From positions 5,057 to 69,056 of the forward strand of contig JADZGC010000011.1 in assembly GCA_020854115.1 (NCBI GenBank): a DNA stretch of 64,000 bases, read 5' to 3'. Origin of the DNA: a bacterium. GTDB taxonomy: Bacteria > Patescibacteriota > Saccharimonadia > CAILAD01 > GCA-016700035. The position numbers and the translations under genes are program-made. This document shows, piece by piece, positions 26,691 through 36,488 of this stretch. Position 1 is the stretch's first letter. Each line of letters begins with the position of its first letter. Under the pieces are notes generated by a model. That model saw nothing but the letters and a program-made list of their open reading frames with translations. It was not told the origin of the DNA and did not search any database.

Positions 26691-27376
26691 TAGATGTAGT
26701 TGAATTCAGACTCGTCAGCCCAGCGGTAGCTCAAGCGATTCCAGCCGACATAATTCATTTCACTGACGTAGACTTTGCCCTCCTGCACTTGTTCGACGTA
26801 TGCGACATGACCGTAGCGTCCGACGGTGGTCTGAGCGATTGCGCCTGGTCGGGCGTACTCTCCGGTGGTGAACCCAGCCGCTTGCGCCCTACGAAGCCAG
26901 TCGCGAGCATTGCCCCAGTTTTGTGGGATCGGACGGCGCTTGGATACATACATGGTGCAGTGGCCGTAGGAATATCCGCTGGCAGTATATTGCATACCGG
27001 TACTTGGTTTGTCTTCACTCGGCTTATCGGTGGCGGGGAGTGTGAGGGCATCGGCGTAGGTACTTGATTCGGACGGGCTCGGAGTCGGGGTTACAGATCG
27101 GGTGACTACTCGGGTACTTGGCACAGACTGACTTGTCTGGAGGTTATTCGCCTCGAGGTATTTGGAAGTAGTTTGCTCAAAGTCAGCTCGACTGGTTTGG
27201 AATGATACAGCGAATACAACGAAGTACACCATGATCATAAGGGTGGCCTTGATGCGAGTATTCTCTGCAAAGAAGTTTTGGATACGGCGAATCGGCCCGT
27301 CCTGACGACGGTGCAGTGAGAGCTCATATTGCCTGAGCAGCTCGCGCTGTTCCTGGGATGCGGTGTTCGATTGCAT
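26687..27376 (-). CDS. CHAP-domain peptidoglycan amidase/endopeptidase
   Basis: GHCTMYV, WGNA, GHVAYVE, VSEMN; N-terminal TM. Confidence 0.92.
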   Translation of the reverse strand: MQSNTASQEQRELLRQYELSLHRRQDGPIRRIQNFFAENTRIKATLMIMVYFVVFAVSFQTSRADFEQTTSKYLEANNLQTSQSVPSTRVVTRSVTPTPSPSESSTYADALTLPATDKPSEDKPSTGMQYTASGYSYGHCTMYVSKRRPIPQNWGNARDWLRRAQAAGFTTGEYARPGAIAQTTVGRYGHVAYVEQVQEGKVYVSEMNYVGWNRLSYRWADESEFNYIY

Positions 27377-27524
27377 TATATATAAACTCCACTCAAATAA
27401 GCAGAATTGACTATAGTATCACTTTATTGAGTATTTTACAATGTTTATTCGCTACTTTTGGTGGCGGTTGAGAATGAGCTGAAGATGCTTATGTTATAAT
27501 TTCAGTGATTAATAGGTATGTACC

Positions 27525-28115
27525 ATGAGGAAACCACCTGGGCTTGCGCATCTAGCAATAATTATCGTTATCGTCCTCGTAGTGATCGGCGGGCTGGCGT
27601 ACTACGCGCTGCGACCAAAACAGAGTGCCCAGCTTGAACAGCAGCTAGAAGCTACAGTTTTACCCTCTTTGGCGCCTAATTCAAATCAGGATGGTTTTCA
27701 AAGAATTACGAAGAACAACTTTAGTATCTCTATTCCTCTCGGGTGGAGAGAGGTTAGACCTAGTGGGGTTGCCGGCGATGAATACGCAGGCTTTGAATCG
27801 GAAGCTGGTGATTTTATCACGATTGACATACAATCTGGCGGCAGGGGTTTTATCGCAGATGCGACGTGGAGATATGGCTACAACGAAGATGGCACAATTT
27901 TCTTGATTGAAGAACAGAAGGATACTGTGTGCGACCGGTCGCAGGATGAAGGGGTCTTCTGTGGCTATAAAGATGGCAAGCTAGACCTGCACATCTCACT
28001 TCCAGGTGAGGGCTATCGAGGTAAATGGGCATCTATTTTTGCTGGCAATACGAAGAACGAACAGGCCGATCGACAGGTATTTCGTGATATATTAGCTACA
28101 TTTAAACAAAATTAG
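27525..28115 (+). CDS. pilin-like membrane-anchored surface protein
   Basis: MRKPPG/LAHLAIIIVIV class III-like signal lacking Glu5; FSISIPLGW; Cys pair. Confidence 0.65.
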   Translation: MRKPPGLAHLAIIIVIVLVVIGGLAYYALRPKQSAQLEQQLEATVLPSLAPNSNQDGFQRITKNNFSISIPLGWREVRPSGVAGDEYAGFESEAGDFITIDIQSGGRGFIADATWRYGYNEDGTIFLIEEQKDTVCDRSQDEGVFCGYKDGKLDLHISLPGEGYRGKWASIFAGNTKNEQADRQVFRDILATFKQN

Positions 28116-28126
28116 AAGATTGCAAG

Positions 28127-28153
28127 TTAGCACTCTTGACATGGGAGTGCTAA
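28127..28153. promoter_or_regulatory. CIRCE element 1 (HrcA operator), contains the -35 TTGACA
   Basis: perfect TTAGCACTC-N9-GAGTGCTAA. Confidence 0.97.
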
Positions 28154-28172
28154 CTTTTTTACAATGATTGTG

Positions 28173-28199
28173 TTGGCACTCGACTACAATTAGTGCTAA
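28173..28199. promoter_or_regulatory. CIRCE element 2
   Basis: TTGGCACTC-N9-TAGTGCTAA, downstream of -10 TACAAT. Confidence 0.9.
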
Positions 28200-28309
28200 T
28201 ATGTGTGTAGCGTTTGGGTAGAAAAGCGCGAGACTGGCCTAGTGCACTGCTTAAAACCATCCTCCAAGTAGGTTTTTGCGCGGTTAGTCTCGGCCCAAAC
28301 TCACAAGTT

Positions 28310-29008
28310 ATGATGACACCACGCCAAGTAGCAATTTTGACCGAAATTATTCGTCAGTATTCAGAGAGTGCTGAGCCGGTGAGTTCGCATGCTCTACTGA
28401 AGAAATTTGATGTGTCATCCGCGACGATTCGCTCCGAAATGGCAGCCTTGGAGCGAGATGGCTACATCTATCAGCCCCACATTTCGGCTGGACGAGTTCC
28501 TACAGATAAAGGCTATCGTTTTTATGTAAACAATCTTGCCGAGCCAGATGCGAAGCCTCGATATGAGTTGACGGTAGAGAAGCGCGTAGCAAGCTTACGG
28601 GATCATGTGGATCGAGCGGTGAAGATCGCTACCGAAACACTCTCAGAGATGACCGGTAACACTGCTTTTGCAACGCTCTCCGACACCGTTTATTTTCATA
28701 GTTTGCACCAACTCTTCTCGCAGCCAGAATTCGCTGATAGCTTGAGAGCAGCATCGGCCGCACGGTATCTTGATTCTCTCTCGTCCTGGCTCTTAGAGCA
28801 AAGTCCGGATGAAGATCTGGCAATCTTCATCGGTCGCGAAAATCCATTTGCGCGTACCAGTGGGATGGCGATGGTGGTGGCACGATTCGAGAGCCCATAT
28901 AGCTTGCATAGCGCGATCGGTATCGTCGGGCCTACTCGCCAGGACTATGCCAAAGTTACAGCGCTCGTCGAACTGACCGGTAAGAAACTAGAGGAGGTTC
29001 TCCAATAA
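28310..29008 (+). CDS. hrcA: heat-inducible repressor HrcA (short form)
   Basis: SSATIRSEM, QPHISAGRVPTDKGYRFYV, GIVGPTRQDY; CIRCE upstream. Confidence 0.95.
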   Translation: MMTPRQVAILTEIIRQYSESAEPVSSHALLKKFDVSSATIRSEMAALERDGYIYQPHISAGRVPTDKGYRFYVNNLAEPDAKPRYELTVEKRVASLRDHVDRAVKIATETLSEMTGNTAFATLSDTVYFHSLHQLFSQPEFADSLRAASAARYLDSLSSWLLEQSPDEDLAIFIGRENPFARTSGMAMVVARFESPYSLHSAIGIVGPTRQDYAKVTALVELTGKKLEEVLQ

Positions 29009-29532
29009 TGAAACCAGATAAGAACAAGCCTGCAGCAAAGGCACCGAAACTCCCGAAGAAAGACCCGATGGCGGAGTTGACGGCTGATCTCCAGCGCGTG
29101 CAAGCAGACTTCGAAAACTACAAGAAGCGAGTCGCCAGTGAGCGCGCAGAGCTCATGAATAGTGCGAAGCTTGCGGTACTCACGGATCTGCTGCCCGCGC
29201 TCGACAACTTTGATCGAGCGGCTACACACCTACCAGACCATTTGCAGAATGACCCGTGGGCACAGGGGATGAGCTATGTCGGTACTCAGCTCGAGCAGAT
29301 CCTCGATGATATGGGGGTCAAGAAATTCACCCCGCAGATCGGTGAGGAATTTAATCATGAGACGATGGATGCTCTCGAGCGCATAGCTTCGGATCATCCG
29401 CCGGAGACTATCGCTGAAGTTCTCACGCCGGGCTATCAGATACAGGGACAGACCGTTCGCCCGGCTAGCGTGAAGGTATCGCAAGGAAATGAAAATGAGC
29501 AAAAAGAAGCTAAGCAAGAAGGAGAAAAATAA
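29008..29532 (+). CDS. grpE: nucleotide exchange factor GrpE
   Basis: [19 protein letters not shown]....VRPASVKV. Confidence 0.96.
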   Translation: MKPDKNKPAAKAPKLPKKDPMAELTADLQRVQADFENYKKRVASERAELMNSAKLAVLTDLLPALDNFDRAATHLPDHLQNDPWAQGMSYVGTQLEQILDDMGVKKFTPQIGEEFNHETMDALERIASDHPPETIAEVLTPGYQIQGQTVRPASVKVSQGNENEQKEAKQEGEK

Positions 29533-31448
29533 TGGCAAAGATTATCGGAATTGACCTCGGTACAACGAACTCAGCAATGGCTGTGATGGAAGGTGGCGAC
29601 CCAACCGTCATCACTAATATTGAAGGTGCGCGCACCACTCCATCGATCGGTGCTGTGAACAAAAATGGCGAGCGCCTCGCCGGACAAGTGGCGAAGCGCC
29701 AGGCCGTGATTAACCCAGACAACACGATCTTCTCAGTCAAGCGCCTTATCGGCCGCACGATCGATGACCCAGAGATCAAGCGCGACATGGAACTCATGCC
29801 ATACGAGATCGTCAAGGCAGATGGCCATGTGAAGGTGAAGATGGGCGATAAAGATTATACGCCAGAAGAAGTCAGCGCCATGATTCTCGCTAAGCTCAAA
29901 GCAGATGCTGAGAAATATCTCGGCGATACTGTGACTGAGGCTGTGATCACTGTCCCAGCGTACTTCAATGACGCACAGCGCCAGGCAACGAAGGACGCTG
30001 GTAAGATCGCTGGTCTCGAAGTGAAGCGCATTATTAACGAGCCAACCGCTGCTGCATTAGCGTACGGACTCGATAAGAAAAAAGAAGAAAAGATCGTAGT
30101 CTACGACCTCGGTGGCGGTACCTTTGACGTGTCGGTGCTTGAGCTCGGTGACGGTGTCTTTGAAGTAAAGTCCACCAACGGCGACACGCACCTCGGCGGT
30201 GACGACTTTGATATCGCGATCATCAACTGGCTGGTTGAAGAATTTCAAAAAGATCAGGGTATCGATCTCAAGCAGGACAAGGCTGCGATGCAGCGCTTGA
30301 AGGAAGCTGCTGAGAAAGCAAAGATCGAGCTCTCGACTACCCAAGAATCAGAGATTAACATCCCATTCATCACGGCCGATGCGAGCGGACCGAAGCATAT
30401 GAATCTCACACTTTCACGCGCGAAGCTCGAGGAACTGGTCGGTAAGCTTGTCGAAGATACTCTCAAGCCATGTGAAGCTGCGCTCAAAGATGCGGGCCTT
30501 AATAAGGGTGCCATCAATGAAGTGATTCTCGTCGGCGGCATGACTCGTATGCCGCTCGTACAGAAGAAAGTCGAAGAATTTTTCGGCAAGAAGCCACTCC
30601 AGGGTGTGAACCCAGACGAAGTTGTGGCTATTGGTGCTGCGATCCAGGGTGGTGTGCTTGGTGGTGAAGTGAAGGACGTTCTCCTCCTAGATGTAACCCC
30701 ACTCTCACTTGGGATCGAGACGATGGGCGGTGTTATGACCAAGCTCATTGATCGCAACACGACCATCCCGACTAGTAAGACGCAGGTCTTCTCGACCGCC
30801 AGTGACAACCAGCCGAGCGTAGAGATCGTTGTGCTACAAGGCGAGCGCGAGATGGCTGCTGATAACAAGATCCTCGGTCGCTTCCAGCTCGATGGTATAC
30901 CGCCAGCTCCTCGTGGCGTACCGCAGATTGAAGTCAGCTACAACATCGATGCTAATGGTATCGTCAGTGTAACCGCTAAGGATAAAGCAACCAATAAAGA
31001 ACAGCACATTACGATCCAGAACTCGAGTAACTTGAGTGATGATGAAATCAAAAAGATGCAGGCAGATGCCGAGGCTCATGCTGAGGAGGACAAGAAGAAA
31101 AAAGAGCAGGTCGAAGCTAAGAACCACGCTGACACCATGATCTACACCGCCGAGAAAAGTCTGAAAGACGCTGGTGACAAAGTCGACGAGACCGTGAAGA
31201 AAGATGTCGAGGGGGCTGCTAAAGTACTGAAGGATAAGCTGGGCGAGAATGAACCAGATGTCGAGGAGCTCAAGAAGCTGACCCAAGATCTCTCAGATAA
31301 GCTCACGAAGATCGGTGAAGCTATGTACAAAGCCGAAGAAGCTGCTGCATCGGCTGGTGAGGGTGACAAGAGTGACAAAGACGGCGAAAAGAAGGATGAT
31401 AAGACTGACGACGCCGAAGAAGGCGAAATCGTCGACGATAAGAAGTAA
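29532..31448 (+). CDS. dnaK: chaperone DnaK
   Basis: [25 protein letters not shown]. Confidence 0.99.
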   Translation: MAKIIGIDLGTTNSAMAVMEGGDPTVITNIEGARTTPSIGAVNKNGERLAGQVAKRQAVINPDNTIFSVKRLIGRTIDDPEIKRDMELMPYEIVKADGHVKVKMGDKDYTPEEVSAMILAKLKADAEKYLGDTVTEAVITVPAYFNDAQRQATKDAGKIAGLEVKRIINEPTAAALAYGLDKKKEEKIVVYDLGGGTFDVSVLELGDGVFEVKSTNGDTHLGGDDFDIAIINWLVEEFQKDQGIDLKQDKAAMQRLKEAAEKAKIELSTTQESEINIPFITADASGPKHMNLTLSRAKLEELVGKLVEDTLKPCEAALKDAGLNKGAINEVILVGGMTRMPLVQKKVEEFFGKKPLQGVNPDEVVAIGAAIQGGVLGGEVKDVLLLDVTPLSLGIETMGGVMTKLIDRNTTIPTSKTQVFSTASDNQPSVEIVVLQGEREMAADNKILGRFQLDGIPPAPRGVPQIEVSYNIDANGIVSVTAKDKATNKEQHITIQNSSNLSDDEIKKMQADAEAHAEEDKKKKEQVEAKNHADTMIYTAEKSLKDAGDKVDETVKKDVEGAAKVLKDKLGENEPDVEELKKLTQDLSDKLTKIGEAMYKAEEAAASAGEGDKSDKDGEKKDDKTDDAEEGEIVDDKK

Positions 31449-31453
31449 CCCGC

Positions 31454-31927
31454 ATGTCAATCACAGCTGCACCAGCATTTCGCGACTTCCTTGCCTACGT
31501 AGGAGAGGCTGGTTATGCAAACGAACAACCTCCGACGAAGCATCTTCCCGATGGCTCGCATGATATCGTGCTGGAGCGAGACGGCTGGAAATACCACGAT
31601 AACTGGTTTGGCGGCGAACCATTCGGCGGAATGGAAGTAATCAGCAAAGGCGAGAAGCCGTTTTGGATGATGGTGTATTTTGGAGCCATCATCGATCCGA
31701 GCGAGGAGCCGGCTGATGTCTATACCGCACTCAAAGAAGCACTGCGCCAGCCAGACGCGGCGATGCCGGTACGCGGTCAGCGCAAGCTGGCAGCATCGAA
31801 TGGGTACTCGTATGCCTTCATATGGACAGGTGATCTAGATCGTTTTCAAGGCCAGGAGAATATTTGCAATCCGCAAGGCGCACTGATCTATAAATCTGAA
31901 GTGAGCGGAGGCTTGATCAACCAATGA
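31454..31927 (+). CDS. DUF5680-like hypothetical protein
   Basis: Y.D.WFGGEPFGG.E......W.M.Y.G...LKEAL......PVRG pattern. Confidence 0.7.
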   Translation: MSITAAPAFRDFLAYVGEAGYANEQPPTKHLPDGSHDIVLERDGWKYHDNWFGGEPFGGMEVISKGEKPFWMMVYFGAIIDPSEEPADVYTALKEALRQPDAAMPVRGQRKLAASNGYSYAFIWTGDLDRFQGQENICNPQGALIYKSEVSGGLINQ

Positions 31928-32250
31928 GATCGGTTGTTGCTCTGTCTGCCGCCGTACTGCTCGCTGCGCTTGGGGTGTTGCTACTGCGCACGACGATCAA
32001 TGAAAAAGTAGCCCAGTCTTGTGCTCGTGGTGAGGAGATGAATTCGTTTCAAAGCGTACAGCGGGATGTGTACTTCGTCTGGCAGTGGCTGCCTAGTAGG
32101 GATGACAGCAAAAGCTTCATCGATTGTGTCGGTCCGGCCACGTACATTAGCTACCGTCCCTATGACGGCGCCGCTCTAGCATGGCTCGGCACGGTGCTAG
32201 CTCTGTCGGTAGGGCTGCGCGATGAAAGGAAAGGAAACAAACAGGCATGA
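31924..32250 (+). CDS. hypothetical membrane protein
   Basis: two TMs, ATGA overlaps at both ends. Confidence 0.6.
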   Translation: MRSVVALSAAVLLAALGVLLLRTTINEKVAQSCARGEEMNSFQSVQRDVYFVWQWLPSRDDSKSFIDCVGPATYISYRPYDGAALAWLGTVLALSVGLRDERKGNKQA

Positions 32251-33077
32251 AAACAATCATCTTCATCGATGGCGAGAATTTCGTCTACCAGCTCCGCGAT
32301 ATGCTCGCCAAGCGCCGCTTAGTAAAATACCGCGATGAGCTGGTGCGGGTTGATATACGTAAGATGCTCGCCGACGTCATCCAAAATGATTCGGTGAAAA
32401 CTGCAAAGATTGAATATTATGCTGCTAAAGTGCATATTATCGATCGCACGCCTGAGCTAAAGGAGCGTACTGAGCGTTATGCCAAGGATGCAGATGCCTG
32501 GGAAAAAGCACTCATAAGCCAGAACATCAACTACGTCCAGGCGGGACATTTGCTGGTCCGTGACGGTAAGCCCTGCCAGGTGTGTGGGCATGCTGAGCCA
32601 GTGCTAGTCGAGAAAGGTGTTGATCTTAGATTCGCCACAGATGTAATTCGTGCATCTGGAGAGAATGTGCGCATCATTCTCTTGAGTTCGGATGGTGACA
32701 TGGTGCCAGCGATCGAAGAATCTAAGCGACGTGGGGCTGAGCTCTGGTACGTCGGATTTCGTGGGGTAAGTAATGCGGCGCTGGCGCGCACGGCGACGCG
32801 CAAGTTTACGATTCTCGCGAAGCACGCGGCTGCTGCGCTCGGGCCAAAGCCACAAAAATACGAGAGCCAAGATCGGGATAAGAAGCCCGAGCATGCGCAG
32901 TACCAGAGGCATAAGACAGGCGATCAACAGCCATCTGGTGCAGTGACTGGTTCGCGCTTGGCAAGCATGTTGTTGCCGCAATCAACCACGAGCAAAGTGC
33001 AAGCGAAAGAAGCTCCGGAGCGTGTTACTCGATCGCGTGCAGTTCGCAGGTCTCGCATGCCGAAGAAGGAATCATAA
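32247..33077 (+). CDS. NYN/LabA-like PIN-fold nuclease domain protein
   Basis: FIDGEN, EKGVD, SSDGD; CQVC insert; disordered basic C-terminal tail. Confidence 0.88.
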   Translation: MKTIIFIDGENFVYQLRDMLAKRRLVKYRDELVRVDIRKMLADVIQNDSVKTAKIEYYAAKVHIIDRTPELKERTERYAKDADAWEKALISQNINYVQAGHLLVRDGKPCQVCGHAEPVLVEKGVDLRFATDVIRASGENVRIILLSSDGDMVPAIEESKRRGAELWYVGFRGVSNAALARTATRKFTILAKHAAAALGPKPQKYESQDRDKKPEHAQYQRHKTGDQQPSGAVTGSRLASMLLPQSTTSKVQAKEAPERVTRSRAVRRSRMPKKES

Positions 33078-33080
33078 TCT

Positions 33081-33995
33081 ATGGCTGACAAGCGTGATTA
33101 CTATGAAGTTTTAGGCGTCTCCAAGGGCGCAAGTCAAGATGAGATTAAATTGGCCTTCAAGAAGGCAGCACTCAAGCACCATCCGGACCGTGAAGGTGGT
33201 GATGAGGCAAGATTTAAAGAAGTTAGTGAAGCCTACGAAGTATTGTCAGACGAGAAGCGTCGCGCTGCCTACGATCAGTTTGGCCACGCTGCAGGCGCTG
33301 CAAACGCTGGCGGCCCTGGGGGCAATCCATTTGGCGGCTTCTCTGGTGGGCAAGGTTTTGATTTTGGCAATGTGCAGTTTGATTTCTCTGGGGCTGGTGG
33401 CTTCGGCGATATTTTCTCGGAGATCTTCGGTGGTATGCGCGGCCGACCACGTGATGTACAGGTCGCCGTGGCGATTGATTTTGATGAAGCCGTGAAGGGC
33501 ACCACGCGTGAGCTGACGTTACGGGTCATGGATCGGGCGAGCGGCGAGCGCAGGAGTGAGACTGTAAAAGTAAAAATTCCGGCTGGCATTGATGATGGTC
33601 AGTCAGTGCGATTGAGTGGTAAAGGTGAATACGGTGCGCAAGGCCAGCGAGGTGACTTGTATGTCGAAGTGCATGTCCGTCCGAGCAAAGACTTCGAACG
33701 CCAAGGCCATCATCTCATTTCGCGTATCAAAGTCGATATCGCTGACGCCGCTCTCGGAAGTGAGGCAGATATTAAGACGCTTGAAGGAAATGTCACAATC
33801 AAGGTCCCTGCTGGTACACAGTCAGGTAAGGTGCTTAAACTCAGCGGCAAAGGCATGCCGGTGCCTGGCACTAATCGTCATGGGGATCATCTCGTGGAAG
33901 TGACGGTCGAAGTGCCACATAAGCTGAGCGCCAAGCAGCGAGCCGCTCTCGAAGAATATCGCAAGGCGAGCAAGAAAAAAGGTCTGTTTCATTAA
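33081..33995 (+). CDS. dnaJ: DnaJ-family co-chaperone lacking the zinc finger
   Basis: [13 protein letters not shown] region, C-terminal domains; no CxxCxGxG repeats. Confidence 0.9.
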   Translation: MADKRDYYEVLGVSKGASQDEIKLAFKKAALKHHPDREGGDEARFKEVSEAYEVLSDEKRRAAYDQFGHAAGAANAGGPGGNPFGGFSGGQGFDFGNVQFDFSGAGGFGDIFSEIFGGMRGRPRDVQVAVAIDFDEAVKGTTRELTLRVMDRASGERRSETVKVKIPAGIDDGQSVRLSGKGEYGAQGQRGDLYVEVHVRPSKDFERQGHHLISRIKVDIADAALGSEADIKTLEGNVTIKVPAGTQSGKVLKLSGKGMPVPGTNRHGDHLVEVTVEVPHKLSAKQRAALEEYRKASKKKGLFH

Positions 33996-34046
33996 AAAGC
34001 CTTCCGTCACAGAGACTGAAGGATGTGGCGGTAGTCACGATACGGG

Positions 34047-34262
34047 CTATATGCTCATGGCAGTTTCGGGAACAAACTCGAACTCTTGCCCAACTGCCTT
34101 GACGAGCCCAGTGGCAGCATCGTTGAGCATCGTGTGCTGACAGACCGTGTTCTCGACGAAATGGGGTAGGTACGGCGGTATGATGCTGGTGAATACTATG
34201 TTTGGTCCCGCTAGTTTTGAGTCAAACCAGGGCGCGCTATCAATGTGTTCGATGAGCGTCAT
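34047..34262 (-). CDS. small hypothetical protein or remnant
   Basis: 71-aa ORF in the gap between dnaJ and the next gene; reading frame stays open upstream without a start. Confidence 0.35.
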   Translation of the reverse strand: MTLIEHIDSAPWFDSKLAGPNIVFTSIIPPYLPHFVENTVCQHTMLNDAATGLVKAVGQEFEFVPETAMSI

Positions 34263-34413
34263 GCTGTATTTGAGGAGGTCCTCAGGCCCGTTGATCTTGA
34301 TGATGTCATCAGGTACGGAAGAACGCCACCTTAGGTGTTTTGTGGGACTATTTTACCCTAAAATCAGGCAGAAATCAATATGTATCTATGGCTGTCTAGC
34401 GTATAATAAGCAC

Positions 34414-34941
34414 ATGTACTTTGGATCTCTTACCTTGGATGCAAATTTTTTTGTATTTGCTGTACTTGGCCTGTTTTTGGGCTGTGGGATTTTGTTTGGT
34501 GAAGCGCGTTTGAAACGTGTTGTGACGGGGGCTCTTATTGGGCTGTTTGCTGCTGATCAGCTCGCTGACTTTGTGGCGACACAGCTGAGTAATGCAAAAG
34601 TGGACATAGATGACCAGGCAGTGCTAAAAATCGCGCTGCTGCTTATCGTTGCTATTCCACTATCGCTGGGCAAAGCACCGTCGGTTGGTGGGAGGTTCTC
34701 AATTCGCTCGATAGTGTTAGCGGTGTTTGCGGCGATGACCGTCATCGCATTTGTGAGTAATTTCTTGTCCGATACCTTGCTTGGAGAATTAGAGACAGAA
34801 TATAACCTCATCGCGCTTGCAACCGACAACCGTTCGTGGTGGTTGGCTGGCTTGTTGCTCTGGCTCGTCATCTTGCATGTCTGGAAACCAAAGTCGAAGG
34901 ATGACGATGATGGCAAGGGTAAGCGAGGCAAGAAGAAATAA
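34414..34941 (+). CDS. membrane protein (CvpA-like topology)
   Basis: about 5 TMs; ATG 6 nt after TATAAT. Confidence 0.65.
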   Translation: MYFGSLTLDANFFVFAVLGLFLGCGILFGEARLKRVVTGALIGLFAADQLADFVATQLSNAKVDIDDQAVLKIALLLIVAIPLSLGKAPSVGGRFSIRSIVLAVFAAMTVIAFVSNFLSDTLLGELETEYNLIALATDNRSWWLAGLLLWLVILHVWKPKSKDDDDGKGKRGKKK

Positions 34942-35024
34942 GGGTTCAGAATAGTGTTATGGGTTGCATTTTTGGACCCAAAAGACTAGTATGTACACCT
35001 GTAAATTACAATAATTAATTACGT

Positions 35025-35456
35025 ATGCAAATCCAGCCACATCCATTGCCTTTGATCGGCCGCAAGACGAAAGTCGAGCTGGTCGATCTTGGTGTAAAAA
35101 ACGTCGCAGCGAAGGTTGACACCGGCGCGTATCACAACGCAATTCACTGCTCCGACGTTGTCTTGCACAAAGAAGACGGTAAGAAATTCTTGACCTTCAA
35201 GGTACTCGATAATGACCATCCGAGCTTTAAGAAACGTACGATCACCGTACACCGCTTCGGTAAGCGTCGTGTCAAGAATTCATTTGGCGTGTACCAGATG
35301 CGCTACCTCGTCCGTCTGGCAATTCGCGTCGAAGGCTCCACGAAGCTGTATAAAGTCCATTTTACATTGGCTGATCGTAGCCGTATGCGAACCCCTGTTC
35401 TCTTGGGGCGAAAGTTCTTGAAGCACCGCTTCCTGGTTGACGTGCGTCATTCATGA
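35025..35456 (+). CDS. RimK-associated retropepsin-like protease (RimB-like)
   Basis: AKVDTGA, TLADRSRMRTPVLLGRKFL; immediately upstream of rimK. Confidence 0.88.
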   Translation: MQIQPHPLPLIGRKTKVELVDLGVKNVAAKVDTGAYHNAIHCSDVVLHKEDGKKFLTFKVLDNDHPSFKKRTITVHRFGKRRVKNSFGVYQMRYLVRLAIRVEGSTKLYKVHFTLADRSRMRTPVLLGRKFLKHRFLVDVRHS

Positions 35457-35472
35457 CCTATACAGTAAAGAT

Positions 35473-36378
35473 ATGAAAATCGCTATCTTATCCAAGGGTA
35501 GGAATAACTACTCGACCGCACGACTCGCTGACGCCGCTCGCAAGGCCGGTCACACGCCACTGATTGTTGACTATACGAAGGCCTACATGGGCATCGAAAG
35601 CATGGCGCCAACTGTACATATCGAAGGGCACGCCATCGATGATGTGCGGGCGGTTATCCCTCGTATAGCTGCTAGTTATACCTCATACGGGACGGCTGTT
35701 GTGAGGCAGTTTGAAATGATGCGCGCCTATGCGTCGGTCAGCTCGCTGTCGCTCGTGCGTTCGCGCGATAAGTTGCGCTCCATGCAGCTCTTGGCGCGTG
35801 CCGGTGTCGGGATTCCGAAGACGGTCTTCGCCTATGCAAGTTCAGATGCGCAGGAACTCATCGATCTCGTCGGCGGTGCACCGGTTGTAGTCAAGCTCCT
35901 CGAGAGCACACAGGGTAAGGGTGTGGTGCTGGCAGAGACTAAGAAAGCTGCTAAGTCGGTGGTTGAGGCGTTCAATTCGATTAGTGCCAGCTTCATCATC
36001 CAGGAATTCATCGAAGAAGCTGATGGCTCTGATATTCGTGTCATTGTAGTGGGGGATCAGATCGTTGGCGCAATGATGCGCAAGGGTGCAGAGGGCGAAT
36101 TCCGCAGCAATACGCATCGTGGAGGGGAGCCAATCGCAGTTGAACTCACGAAGAAAGAGCAGAATATCGCGCTTAAATCGGCTCGTACACTCGGCATGTC
36201 GATCGCCGGTGTGGACATTATTCGCTCGAAGCGCGGACCGTTGGTGCTCGAGGTGAATAGCTCGCCATCATTGCGTGGTACGGAGCTCGTGACGAAGCAA
36301 GACATTGCCGGGGCTATGATCGACTACGTCGCGAAGCGAGCAATGGGTAAGCGCAAGAAGGACAAGATCGGCGCTTAG
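35473..36378 (+). CDS. rimK: RimK family alpha-L-glutamate ligase (ATP-grasp)
   Basis: VIPRIAAS, SRDKLRS, QGKGVVL, FRSN.HRGG, EVNSSP. Confidence 0.92.
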   Translation: MKIAILSKGRNNYSTARLADAARKAGHTPLIVDYTKAYMGIESMAPTVHIEGHAIDDVRAVIPRIAASYTSYGTAVVRQFEMMRAYASVSSLSLVRSRDKLRSMQLLARAGVGIPKTVFAYASSDAQELIDLVGGAPVVVKLLESTQGKGVVLAETKKAAKSVVEAFNSISASFIIQEFIEEADGSDIRVIVVGDQIVGAMMRKGAEGEFRSNTHRGGEPIAVELTKKEQNIALKSARTLGMSIAGVDIIRSKRGPLVLEVNSSPSLRGTELVTKQDIAGAMIDYVAKRAMGKRKKDKIGA

Positions 36379-36407
36379 TCTCTCGATAGAAATCTAGTAA
36401 GCATAAG

Positions 36408-36446
36408 AAAATGAGCATTGACAAAGTGCTCATTTTTTGGTAATAT
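36408..36446 (+). promoter_or_regulatory. promoter with 10-bp inverted repeat around the -35
   Basis: AAAATGAGCA-TTGACAaag-TGCTCATTTT; TTGACA-N17-TAATAT. Confidence 0.6.
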
Positions 36447-36488
36447 AAACAGGTTCTATTCGTACCCCTACAGAAAGAGATCAGGCAC

